This document shows positions 51,901-64,000 of a DNA stretch of 64,000 nucleotides, in pieces. The stretch lies in NCBI RefSeq assembly GCF_964204865.1, contig NC_135257.1, positions 16,926,001 through 16,990,000 on the forward strand. Direction: 5' to 3'. The notes beneath the pieces were generated by a model that saw only the letters and a program-made list of their open reading frames with translations, ran no database searches and was not told the origin of the DNA. This DNA is from Styela clava (Eukaryota). A program made the translations under genes and the position numbers. Positions within the stretch are counted from its first letter, which is position 1, and every line of letters begins with the position of its first letter.

Positions 51901-54900
51901 ATTATGATATACACCATGAATTGATAAAATATAAATCCCACAATATAAATTCATGTACCTAGGCTCAGCGGCGAACTGCACTACCGCAAAACGAGTATCG
52001 TACTGTACCGATGATTGTTCTAAGAGTTTTACAATGAAGGCTTGAATTTCTATAAAGAATCTTCCTCCTGGAAGCAAGGTGGAGTCTTCCAACAATACGA
52101 TAAAATCCAGCTCTCCACCAGAAGCAACTAAAATAAAACATAGACTGACACAAGCGCTCCGCGGAACTATGGGGTTCTGTCAGTACTGGTTTTGCAAGTT
52201 GACATTTAAATTTGAGAGACTATATTATTAAATGTATATTTTTTCAATCTAATTCAAATATATACCTGTTAAGAATATCACTATTATTAAACTCGCAGCG
52301 CTTTAAAGATGTTTTTTTTGTCTGCATTAGGTTTGCTTTTATATATACAAATAATTCAGGCGATTCAAGACAATTAAACTACTACACATGTTCCTCGTTC
52401 CTCGAGAGTCTGGAATGTTTTATTGTGGTTTCACTACGTCAAAAAGGTTGGAAACCACTGGACTAAACTAACACTGTGAATTTTTGTTGCCTACAAATCA
52501 AATGACTTTATACACTTACAGACATTTTGAGATGACTTTGCTGTTTCACATAAACTTGTTGCAAGACTGTTCTTGATTGAACTTATTTGATCGAAATCCT
52601 CTACAAAAAATAGATGACGATCTACCGGCTCTGATGCAATTTCTCGTAGTTCATCCATGTCTACATCACCCACACCGATCTGGAATTGGGCGATTGGTTT
52701 ATATTCTAATAATCGCTAAATTAATTTTAGTGCATTACAATTTCAATCGACTATTAGGCTTATGAACATACTTTCCAATGTTCAAAGAAATGTAAAATGC
52801 ATATTTTATCACAACTAGTTTATAATATACGTATGGCGTTATGATCGTCTGATTATTTCTGTACTTTCAGTCTCATAATATTAGTTGTGATTTATATTAG
52901 AACAAGGTATAGTATATTACAGGGTGGTCGCTATAGAAAAACAGAAAATTTGTCAAACAGCAAGCAAGCTTTTACAGGCACATGTTATATTACACTCATA
53001 GATGTTCAAAATGTCGTCCGTGCACTTTAGTATCTGGAAGCTATTTCATGCCTTCTATCATGATGTGGGTGTCAAAATAGAAATAAAATAGGACCTAAAA
53101 CAACCTAAAACTTAGAAGTAATAAAAAATATCGAAGAACGAATGAGCAAGCACGCATTTTATTTGTGATCACATCTGACATTCGAATTTTTTGCTTTTAT
53201 AGCGACCACCCTGTATAAAAAATATCATATAGTATAAGTAAAAAACAAAACCGCGTATGTTGTTAGATCTTTCTTCTCGTGAGCAATTCTGGAAGCTTCT
53301 GAAACAACGTCGCTTGATTTTCCATCTGTTAGTACTACTAAGATCTGAAAGTTCAAAAAAAGAGCAACATTTAGCTAAATTTCGGAAGTGTTTTGTATCT
53401 AAAACCTTTTGACAAAGCAATAGCTGAGATGATTGAACCTTTCTGGTTCGGCATAGTTTACAACTACTTAAGTTACGCATTGATTAATATGGGAACCCAA
53501 GGTGCGCCAAGTTGAAAATTTTTTCCCAATAATTTTGTAAAGCTACTATTATTCTAGCTGTGGCAGTGTCGAAATGGATTGTTTAAGGGTCATTCAATCT
53601 CTGTCTACTGCCAGCGTTAGTGTCACTTGCTCCCTGCAACACTATTTTAATTTGAAGGCTCGCGATCTTGCTCCAGAAATATTATAAATGAAAGACTGCA
53701 CATATAATTCTAGTGACTTATATTCAAAGTACTCCATTTCTCCGAAAGTTAAATCGATTGTAAAATGCACGGATTTGTAAGCTCTTTCTAAATTCGTTTT
53801 CTTACTTTTTGGACTCCTTGCCTCGATCCTGACTGGGGAATCAAACTGTTTGATAAAGTGTAGTTGATTGCAAGTCCAATCCTTGTTGATCCCTTCAAAT
53901 GTTCAATGTCGTTGACTGCTTGAATCGACGATGGTTTGGTATCGTATTCGTTTAAATTGAATTCTGTGACGGGTGATCTACTGTACTGGTTGACTCCTGG
54001 AATTAGAATAATAATAATTAGAGAAATTGTTATTGTGTGATTTGTGAGAAAACATTGTTGACAGAGATTGTATTGAATATATATATATATGGAATTTGGT
54101 CGATAAAGAATTATTACAAGTTTATGTTTTATAAAGTAACCGAAGTGTATATGACAAGGTATTTTATGCAGATTGATTATCTCAACTGCAACTTTTTTTC
54201 ACTTACAGGATATAAACGCCGCGTTTAATGCGTTATATAAAATACTAACAAAAGCTTAGGAATTTATTCTGTGTTACATATTATTCACTCCTATTGAAAC
54301 TGAAAAATCCAACTAATTAAAATTAAATAATTAATCGCCGAGTTTTCATTCATCAACCAATAATTCAGGAACTGAAACTAGCTTGTGTCTAACTACATTG
54401 TAAAGTTTGCTTGAAAAAATAATATCATAATAATATTATGTCGAATTTTTTTAAAATGACGACAGCCATGTATTGTCTTCTCAAGAGTTGGTTCATCCCT
54501 TTTCCTCGTAAACATGTTTTTTATATTCTTATTATGTGGTTTTGAGTCATCGCGCAATCTTTATGGTGTTTTGAACTTCATTTGAGAATTTGCATTCTAT
54601 ACTGCCGAAAACTTTGTTTTTGTGTGCAGTGTGTGTGTAGCGGAAGTACCCCGTTTTCTATAATGTCCAAATGTATTACAATATACAGGCACACAATAAC
54701 AAATAAAGTAAAATAACGAAAAAGAGGAAAATATGTTGAAAGCATGATTATGGTTTTGAATTTGCGTTTCATCTCAATTATGTTAGGATTATCAAATTAT
54801 GGTTTATATCGCGTGGTATACCCGTCTCCTCTCATCAGTATAGGCAAGCCACAAACTTTCCATGAAAACTTTGCATTTAGGTGGACAAGGTTTTCGAACT

Positions 54901-57900
54901 AGGGACCGAACATTTTGCTCAATTAATCTGGCGGGTCATGTAAGTGTGGCATTTTATGAACAATATTCACATTGTTACAAAGCAAAGCTGAAAAACAATA
55001 AGCATCATGCGAAAACTAAATCAAACCGCAATCTCAACAAATTCTCGAGCTATTTTTAGCTAACGGATCAAAATTTGGTTTCAGTTTGGTTGTGGCAGCA
55101 TCAGGCGAGCCAGATTGAATTACCCAACGGGCGGGATTCGGCCCGCGGGCCGTACTTTGCCCATGTCTGGGCTAGACCAATTTATCCTATCGCAATAAAA
55201 CGGATGAAGTTTGGTTGAATTGAAGCGTTTGTTACCAGTATGATCTTATATTTTCACATACAATTATTGTTCATCTTTTAATAACAGTTTGTAATACTTC
55301 ATTGGGTGTTACAGTTAGATAACGTTTTGGGTTTTTTTGTGACTTCCTCCACCTGTGAATAACGATGTTTTACTTCTGTTATATTTGTGTCTTTGATTTC
55401 CACATGATGCTGAATAAATAACACTTACTTGTCCTAATGTTACCACAGTGAACATTTAAACAAGAAATGAATAAAAAAAATTCGATGCTGAAATAATAAT
55501 ATAGTGTATAATTTGCTCGATTCAGAACATTCATTTTATGTCGATAACATTCAGTAGACCGTGGTGAATTCCGGTCCCGGTAAAAGTCAATATTAATTCT
55601 CCGTCGACTGTTGAATGTTGATTTGTTTGCTTGGCTTAAATCAAGTAAATATGCTGGCTCACCTTGTCAAAGATGAACAAATAGACGGATCAAACATAGT
55701 AGAAAAAATAGTCTCATACTGGTATTTTGAAGTTATAACATAAGTGAATTTGTGGTAATGTGGTTGGCTGATTGGAGATAATTTTTACAAATTGGTAGAC
55801 GAACAGTGGTGTCAAATGGCGCGTATATGCGTTCAAGTTAGAATAGGTGCCATACGAAACGGTATAATCTAAGACAGGGTGGTTCAAACCATGGCACGCG
55901 GGCCGCATGCGGCCGGATATTAGTGAAGACACTTCATCCACGCTGTAGATGATAAAATTAGTCAAAATATAACAGGTCATCATAATTTGAAGCGGCATTA
56001 CAACACCAGACACAAAAAAAGATACGGAAAATACCACGTTACCACTCGGGAAGCAATTTTAAAAGAAACAAGGGTAACTTCTGAAGCAAAAAACACCACC
56101 CATGCAACATAACAAGAGGCTGATTAAAACAATTTGAAGTGACTAAACCTGCAGTATCCTGATCACTTTTGGGTTTACCCGAGAGCGGCGCGCCAGGCCT
56201 CTTAAAAAAATTTTGCGGCCCTTCAATCTCGCAACCTAGGACCACCCTGATCTGATGCATTCGCACATTTAACACGAGATTAAGTTTTTTTAGTTCGGTG
56301 TTTACCGGCTTATTCAACTGTGAATGATTATTATTTGGTGACACTTGGCTGCTGTTGCAAAACTCTTTTTCCATTAAATCGAAATCTAAACATTACATCA
56401 CTTTTCCTAACTACCATCAGTAATTTGCCTCCACAACTTTTTTTCTATGATGTTAGAATTGAGCTCATTGTTGTTTTTATGATGCCATCATAGTAACGAC
56501 CCACAACACTTGGCGAAAAACAAGAGTGATGTTGCCTTGTGAGAAAATGATATCACCTATCCCGACAACAAGGCCCAAGCCTTCCTGCTGCCTAGGGCGA
56601 ATAGGGCGATACCTAACTTCAAAAATAACACGCAGATGAATAAATTGAAAGTCAAGTAAGATTAAAAGGTATGTATTATTGTACTAAATTACGCAATGAA
56701 CATAAGGGCGCATTGACGGAATAGATGTTTAATAACGCGAACTCTACCACAGCAAGACATCTGCTGCCCCCTAAAACGTGCTGCCGGTAGGGGATGCCAC
56801 AATGACCTCACCTAGACACGTCCCTATCTGACTAAGAAGCTTAGTTTATATTCAAATTTTTGTACAATGGAATCGTATTGCTGACTTTTGATTAAAAGTA
56901 TGATTTCCGCAAAATTGTGAAAAACAAAATGTGTTCAAGTACAATATGTACTCTAGGAGTCAACCTTCTCATATAATGTATACCGTTTTCTATTGATAGT
57001 CGCAGACCAAGCAGCTCATCAATCAACAATTACTGTTTTACCACCCACCTATTCTTGTAGTGTATTGTCCCACTTCAAACATACTGATCAGTGTCTGAAC
57101 CCAATCCTTCGTTTGATCAAAATTATCGCTTTGTATGCTTGATGATCCATCCAGGAGAAATTGCAGATCAAGTTCAATAAGTCCACATCCTGGAATATTT
57201 TGTAATATAAAGCAAAAATTATTTTCACATAACATTCTTGAGAGCATTAGTAAATATTGCAAGTGGAGCAACTGTTCAGCATATTTGTGGTTAGTTTGAT
57301 AGTTTTGTTTACTCCGAATTACTTAGAAACGCCGTAATGATATTTGCTCATTGCGAAAGATAATTTCGTTTTGCAATATCAAAACTGAATAAAACATTAT
57401 AAACTTCCAAAAATGAAAAATAGTGTAAGTGCTATCGGTTGGGCTTCTGTGGGTCTAACTACTTGTTCTTCACGAATACTTTTGAGCAGTGGTTCTCAAA
57501 CTTTTAAGCCGCGCCCCTTTTTTAGAATTTGTCAAGCCTCGCGCCCCATCTCGAAAATAACTAAATAACAGTTAGTACGGCAAAAATGAAGAAATGTAAA
57601 TATCTAAAATAAGGCGGGAAAGATCAAATCAGTGTCAATCAAGTCAGTTGGAATAATGTAAAAGTGATGCGGAATAATTCGATGTCTTATTCTCATCATA
57701 TTTTTTTTACCAAAAATTCTAATCAATTTATTTGAAACTATGAAATGTGGTTTGCACTAACTTTGAGTGGTGTCGGTACTGATTCGGTCAACAATATTAT
57801 GAGCCACAGGTTTAAAATTGCCGGCTGCTGCATCCCAGTGTCCACTATGCGATGCCCCATATTGCCATTCCATGCCGTGAGACGTCAATCCGAACCAATA

Positions 57901-60900
57901 CGTGTGAGATCCCAGTTGGCGTTTTCCGTCAACTTTCTTCCAGAATTCTTGGTCAGTAATTTTTTCCGGCGATAAAACGATGAACACCTGACAAAATAGG
58001 TTTCATGTAGTATTCAATTGAATATTTGGTAATCATTTTGATGTCGCGGACATTCTGAAGTATGCGTACCAAGATGGCGCACAACCTGAACTCAGGTTGT
58101 GTACCAGGTTAGGGTTGAGGTTATGCGACATCTTGGTGCGCATACTTCAGGAGTACCCGCAGACTCATGATGACCATTTCTGGTTCTTCGCGACTTCCTG
58201 TCAATTGCAATGAAATCCGTTACTGTAATTCATAATTTTTTATTTGTTTTGAATTTGAGTTGTGATTTTTTGCACGACAAAATAAACGTATTGTTTATTA
58301 TTTCACGTAAATTGCCGCAGAAACTATAGAATATTTGGGTTCAGTATTCTTTACAAAACTGTTCTACTGTAAACTGATGTCGTAGATTAAAACCAAAATC
58401 CATATTCTACAAATCGAGCGTTTCAAAGTTGCGTTTACAAAGAATATATCCATTTTTTCATTATTTTTATCATGAAATTAATATACCTCAGCTTTTAAAG
58501 CTAATTTGTTGTTGCTATGAAACATTGCGTATAAAATAATTTCTACCTTTACTTATTGAAAAAAAATTTAAAGAACAATCCACATCCTATAATCAAAGTG
58601 TTTTGAGGGATTTTAAACTTTGCAGCGTAATACTGGAAAGTCAAAAAGTCACATTTATAATAATTAACTCCTAACGTAAATATTTTTGTATGATAGATTT
58701 TCGTTTTATTGCAGCACTGTGATTTTAACTTATATATAATAACTGATAATCTTCAAAACGAGACGATTTTATCAATAATAACACTGCAAAATAAGATGAA
58801 TCTGTTGTATATCAATTCACCTTTTCTCTCCCACTTTGTTCATCCAAATTAAAATTAGAAAAGACGTATTCTAACGATTCATTCCAGTGCGTTTTATCAA
58901 TTTTTGTTCCAATTTCGATATTGCTTATTCCCCTAAAAGCATTAGCTGTAAACACAATGTTAGATTAGTTAGAAAATATTCGCCGATAAAAGCATTGATA
59001 CATATCAACTTACAAAATTTGGCAAGTTCAACACTAAAAGGTCGTACGGGTAAATCAAGAAACAATCGAATAATTTACTTGGCCTTAATTAAGAATGATA
59101 TACAACATATCCTCCTCATGTTCTTTGAAAAATCTGTCTGCCTCTGATTTTTTTTTGTTGTTTCATTAATCCTAGATAAGGGTCACTATTATTGCATGAA
59201 GTATATCTCATCAATCACAGATAAGAATCGAAATTTAGTTTTTTATTGGATTTAAGTTTCCGTATTTGCAAAATAGCCATCTGTATCGTCCAACACTGAT
59301 CCTTACCATGACCTTTTGTAATAATGTTGTAATAATGTAGAATAATGTTTTTCCAGGTCCATTAACTGAAGTCCATTAACATCAAAAGTTATTGCAGCAA
59401 TTTTACCCCGAGCTCACAATTACAGTGTACACGAAAAAGTTTTAAGGATTGCTCTGAGCAAATTGTCTCACCTTTTGTTCGACTTTCTTTGAGTAATATA
59501 TTTGGTTGCGACTCGACACTCAACACCTGGACTGTTGAATAGTTTTGGCCGATGTGAAAAAAATCGACGATTCTTTTCATTAATGTTTTTGTTTGAGCTC
59601 TGGCAGTTGCATTCCAATTTCCATCGATAATAAAATGAAGATCTAACAATGCTCCAGAATATCCTGTAATAAACAATGGATACAAAATAATTTGAAAACA
59701 TGTTATGATACATTCTATCTGCTAAATTTACTTCTTTCAGTTTTGGCTCCAAAAAAGCCTCTCCAATTGATTTAACAATAGTCTAGCTAGTGGTTGATGT
59801 GTTAGGCAGGGAGATTTTGTATCAGGGGCCAACAATTTTGCTCACCTAGACCGACGGGCCATGTAAGTGTAACGTGAAAAGTTACATTTTATGAACAATA
59901 TTTACAGTGTTACAAAAACAAAAGGGGAAAACAATAAGCCTCGCGGCGAAACTAAATTTAATCGTAATTTCAACAATCCCTTGAGTTATTTTTAACTGAG
60001 CAAAAACATCAAAATTTGGATTTAGTTTGGTTGTCGCAGCATCCGGCCGTCCAGATTGAATTATCCGGCTTTGGCCCGCGGATCATCGTTTTCCCATGTC
60101 ATTGTTAGACTCAACTGTATCGGCGTTGCAAATTACCCACGTTTGTACCCGATGTCCACATTTCATTCATATCGCAATAAATTTAGGTAAGCTAATTTGA
60201 ACTTAAAGATTCTGGCTCTTTGACTTTTTCAAAGCAATAGAAAATGATTAGTTATTGAGGACTCTTTTTCGCAGGTGCGTGGTAACATATGATAAAAAAA
60301 AATATTTAAAATATTCCACAAAAAACTATTAGCTGAACGGAAAAAAAAAATTTTACTCACTTTTGAACATTCCTTGACAAATATTGTTTACCAAGATTCT
60401 AGTTTGTGCCTTAAGATCAGTGAAATCTGAAGTCACTGTTATGTGGGTTGAGAAAGGGTTTGATGATATTTGCTGGAATTCCTCATTTCTTCCGTCGGAA
60501 CCGACGTTTACCTGTCAAAATACATCCGGAAAATTCATCGAAATAATTTATAGTACCGTCTGTTTTATCTGAAGTGCTTTTATTAGTAATGGTTCAATTT
60601 GTTTTATCGGAGTAGCAGAGACGGTACTGCCGAAGTATGTGAACCAAGATGGCGGACACCGAAACGTAGTATGTGTACCAGGTTAGGCCATAATTCAATT
60701 CCAATTTTCTTTATTTTTGTTCTGTTACGAATTTGGGGACTAGCCAAGTAACTAGTATTTGTACCTGAAATTATGGCCTAACCTGCATTGTACACGTAAT
60801 ACGTTCTGGTGTCCGTAATCTTGGTTCACACACTTCGGAAGCAACACAGAGACACTCGACTGAAGATGTTTTAAATACATTGACAAAATATTATTGTGCA

Positions 60901-63403
60901 AATAATAGTTAAAACATACTTGCAACAACTTACTACAAACGTTGAACAAACAAAGAAATGAAAATGATGCATATGGATACGAAATTTAGTTTTAACTTGC
61001 GCTGATCCGCGATACATCTCTATATGGAGTGCCGTAGTTATTTTAAAATAGCGAAATCTTGGATACAGCAACATGCTCAGGGAAAAAGAAATATGATAAT
61101 ATATAAAAAAACGATAGACGCTTCTATTTTTAACTAAAGAATTTGAAAGCGAAAATGGAAAAAATACTCGTGCACTGTGTATACTATATTTTCTAATGTA
61201 TTGATTGTATTATTACTGAAGTCGTTGTATTGATTCTTGTTTTAAGGTTCACAATAATAACATTCCTTACGACAAAAATTTCGACTCCCCCAATTCGAAG
61301 ATCGTTTGCAGCAATTTTTGAAAGTTCAATATCCGTAATTGTTCCAGTTGTTAACAATACGATAGTTTTATGAACCTTTTTCCGGACATCAATTTCTATA
61401 AAGAAAAAGATCGATTAGGGTCATATTTATCTTATTTTTTTTTTCAAATACATCCGAAGTAGGATTGTTAATGATGCTGATATAAGACAAGGGCGCTCCC
61501 GTAGTATGGGAACCAAAATGGCGGACCCCTGAACATAGTATGTGTATCAATCAGGTTAGGGTTAGGCCATAATTTCATTCCAATTTTCCCTATTTCAGTT
61601 TTATTACGAGTTTTATTACGGGAACTAGCCAAGTTACTCCCGTAGTACTTGGAACTAAAATTATGGCCTAACCCTAACCTGGTACACATGCTACGTTCCT
61701 GTATCTGCCATCTTGGTTCACATACTACTGGAGTACCAAGACAAGTTGGGTGAACTAGGGCAGTGGTTTCCAACCATTTTTTTTCAAGGGATCCAAATTT
61801 TTTTTTTAGACAAGTTCTGTAAAATCTAGCGACCCAGGGAAATTCTGAACGGTATGTAGTGCTTTTATGACCGCAAAATTAAATAGCTACTACAAAAACA
61901 GTCATTTTTACATTATATTTATTTCAGCATACATTAATTGCTAGTTAGTAAGTTGCTCTTGTTTGCCATCAGCGAGTTTTATGAAATCGTGGCGTGGGTT
62001 CACTTAGGAAAAATAGATGCTGCCTAGTTTTTATGCTGTGATATTTCCCGCGTACAAAATTACGATTGAGCAATATTACAATACCAAATATAAAACAATC
62101 AAAAAAATTTACTTAAAAGATTTTTGTTGGAAAACAGGCGACCCAACAATATTTTCGGGCGACCAAATTTTGGGACGCGATCAATAGCTTGAGAAACACG
62201 GAACTAGAGTGTTATGTGATCACGTCATGATTTAGTATAATTTTAATTATTGACGTTACATGAGAACTGTTATAACCAACTTTTAATAACCAATCCCACA
62301 AAAAATTACGATGCAAAAAAATACACCAGTCTCTCTATTCAACATAACACCTTGAGAAAATTTATAATTGACTCTGAACCAAGGGTTAAAAACAATTTTG
62401 TCTGTTACTCCGACATATAAAATATAACACCAGATTCAAACTTCGAAAAAATCAAATGTTGGCGTTCGCAAGCACTCTTCAACATATTAAAAACAACGCT
62501 TCGTAAATGTTTTTTTTTTTCATTTTAGTGGGAAATTTCGACTTTTTTTTTATCTTTATTGAAAGCCCGCAATTCCAATTCCCACGCTGAGAAATTCAGA
62601 AATCTGACTCCGGCTCCGGAGAGTCTGAAAATACGACTCCGACTCCGGGAAATAACGTTAAACTTCCACTACACAGCTCTGGTTACGACGACTTGCCTTC
62701 ATTCGTGAACGATTTAAGAGCAACATGTCGTAAAGCATCTTCAATGTTCCTGCTTCCAAATATTGAAGAAATATATGATATGTCGTCTATGGATTCTTCC
62801 AGACTTGTTGCATCCTGTTTGTCAATAAAGATAGAAATTAATCTTAGTTTTCCAAATAATCTCCAATAGTTTCACCTAACAGAATTGTGATTCTTCAAAT
62901 AAAAGTTTATAATAAAATTCGTGAAGCATTTAAACAGGAAATTTCGTTATCATTGTTAGGAAATATTTTTAAACGATAATTGAATATACCGGTCGACCAA
63001 ATTTCTAAGCTATATTCTACGTCCATCCATGTAAACGTGACTGCTTTGGAAAATAAAATTTTAATAAAAACAAACATTTCAAACAAAATCTATTGTTCTG
63101 CACAAATATGGCATGGTCTGATAAGAACCCGTTCAAGGGTTTAAACACGCATCGCTAACCCCTTTCGAAACGTGGAAAACCCGAGTCGTTGGAAATATTT
63201 TGACGATTTGAGATTGCTGTCACGTTTCAATTTATCAAAAAATTCTCACCAAGTTTTCGTCAAGGTCGAATTGAACCGATGAACTATCACTGAACTCTAT
63301 TGCACTGATTTTTGTATATTTTTCTCCAATCTCAAAACTGTTTGCAATGTTTTTCATCCATGTTCTTACATTCTTGACATCTTCTTCCGATATCGGCTGA
63401 GAT
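36949..63403 (-). CDS. FACIT-type collagen (COL21/22/12/14-related) with >=5 tandem vWA domains, TSPN and two short triple-helical domains; 5' end beyond window
   Basis: 31 phase-compatible exons (4453 nt): 63250-63403, 62697-62814, 61271-61395, 60361-60511, 59472-59663, 58821-58945, 57762-57987, 57049-57189, 53806-53996, 53252-53344, 52520-52679, 51959-52127, 50717-50876, 49813-49944, 49106-49214, 48350-48534, 47697-47903, 46802-46994, 46348-46392, 45778-45910, 44766-44942, 43903-44040, 42728-42815, 42013-42111, 41442-41639, 41207-41251, 40795-40956, 39450-39510, 38853-39050, 37971-38143, 36949-37053. vWA motifs [27 protein letters not shown]; TSPN motifs WHKL..LYINC, FDIQ..CC; Gly-X-Y runs; terminal GRCDPNYC. 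Confidence 0.88.
38323..38786. mobile_element. hAT-like MITE, same family as 11065-11475
   Basis: CAGGCTTGT...ACAAGCCTG TIRs; colinear with the 11065 copy. Confidence 0.72.
45049..45370. mobile_element. hAT (Charlie-like) MITE
   Basis: CAGGGGTTTGCAACCTT...AAGGTTGCACACCCCTG, GCGGGCCGC motifs, degenerate TSD GTTTACAA/GTTGACAG. Confidence 0.75.
52920..53213. mobile_element. Tc1/mariner-type MITE
   Basis: TA-CAGGGTGGTCGCTATA...TATAGCGACCACCCTG-TA. Confidence 0.8.
55875..56249. mobile_element. hAT-like MITE
   Basis: CAGGGTGGT...ACCACCCTG termini with GCGGGCCGCATGCGGCC subterminal motif. Confidence 0.65.
61761..62201. mobile_element. hAT MITE (degenerate related copy ~1730-2100)
   Basis: CAGTGGTTTCCAA...TTGAGAAACACGG, TSD AACTAGGG/AACTAGAG. 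Shares GAAATCGTGGCG...AAAATAGATGCTGCC and GCGACCC motifs with 1730-2100. Confidence 0.72.
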
Positions 63404-63516
63404 CTAAATGTTCAGTATCAATTAGAAAAATGTTAAACTGTGTACCAAACAAAAATATGTCGCCTTTAAAAAACCGATATGACAGCATATTTTGTCTAGG
63501 ATTTGTTTTATACGTT

Positions 63517-63606
63517 GCTCAAGTGGCGCAATCGGTTAGCGCGCCGTACTTATATTACAGATACGGAGCAGCGCGGAGGTTGTGAGTTCGAACCTCACCT
63601 GGAGCA
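63517..63606 (+). tRNA. tRNA-Ile (anticodon TAT) with 16-nt intron; possibly a variant or pseudogene
   Basis: GCTCAAGTGGCGCAATCGGTTAGCGCG-CCGTA-CT-TAT-A, intron 63555-63570, then GCGCGGAGGTTGTGAGTTCGAACCTCACCTGGAGCA. Matches the canonical animal tRNA-Ile(UAU) layout with intact A and B boxes. T-run terminator at 63611-63615. Confidence 0.85.
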
Positions 63607-64000
63607 CGAATTTTTCTACTAAACGTATCTCAGACATCATAAACGAAAACCTTCATAATTAAAAGTAATCGATGATCTCTACAACACAGTGGAATTAGAA
63701 TATTATGCAGTTAAGTAACAACCAAGCGAACAATATGAAAGTGGCTGGCTGCTAAGTCGATGCCAAAACTCAGAGTGGCACCTCTAATCTGATTTTGACT
63801 TATCTACCCAAGGTATAAAAGCTACAAGCTATATCAAAAAAGGGTTAAAGAAAATTAGTTGCCAATGTCAACATTTTTGTGACTGGGAACTTTTTTTTAC
63901 AAAAGGTAAACTTTGAAATATTCGTTTCATCAATGACAGGTTATTTGTTAGGGAGTCTATTGTTAAATATATTTATTATGGATAATTGTATAACTGTTGG

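Noticed and set aside
59014-59033. Possible 20-nt collagen micro-exon (TTTTAG..GTAAGT)
   Set aside because: Phase-incompatible; the acceptor at 58945 joins the flanking exons in frame without it.
63620-64000. Further upstream collagen exon
   Set aside because: No open, phase-compatible exon with a vWA first strand was found; the 5' exons must lie beyond the window.

Overview
AT-rich, intron-rich animal genomic DNA, not prokaryotic. A FACIT collagen and TTAGGG motifs suggest an invertebrate chordate such as an ascidian (inference only). The ORF track is mostly noise, so genes were rebuilt by hand from splice sites. Bases 1-34.1 kb hold a cluster of four M14A zinc carboxypeptidase B-like paralogs arranged + + - -; gene 1 is 5'-truncated by the window edge and genes 2-4 have 12 exons each with closed reading frames. 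Bases 36.9-63.4 kb (minus strand) hold 31 in-frame exons (~1,483 aa visible, 5' end beyond the window) of an unusual FACIT collagen: at least five tandem vWA domains, TSPN/LamG, a very short COL2, NC2, COL1 and a GxCxxxxC NC1, with two GC-AG introns. An intron-containing tRNA-Ile(UAU) lies antisense, apparently inside a collagen intron. Introns and spacers are dense with non-autonomous DNA transposons: about 20 copies of a GGG..CCC, 6-bp-TSD MITE family carrying TTAGGG and YY1-like motifs, a 1.6-kb IS3EU-like foldback, and hAT, Tc1, Merlin-like and Helentron-type (HINE) elements. One MITE end coincides with the tandem-duplication breakpoint between carboxypeptidase genes 3 and 4. No database searches were possible.
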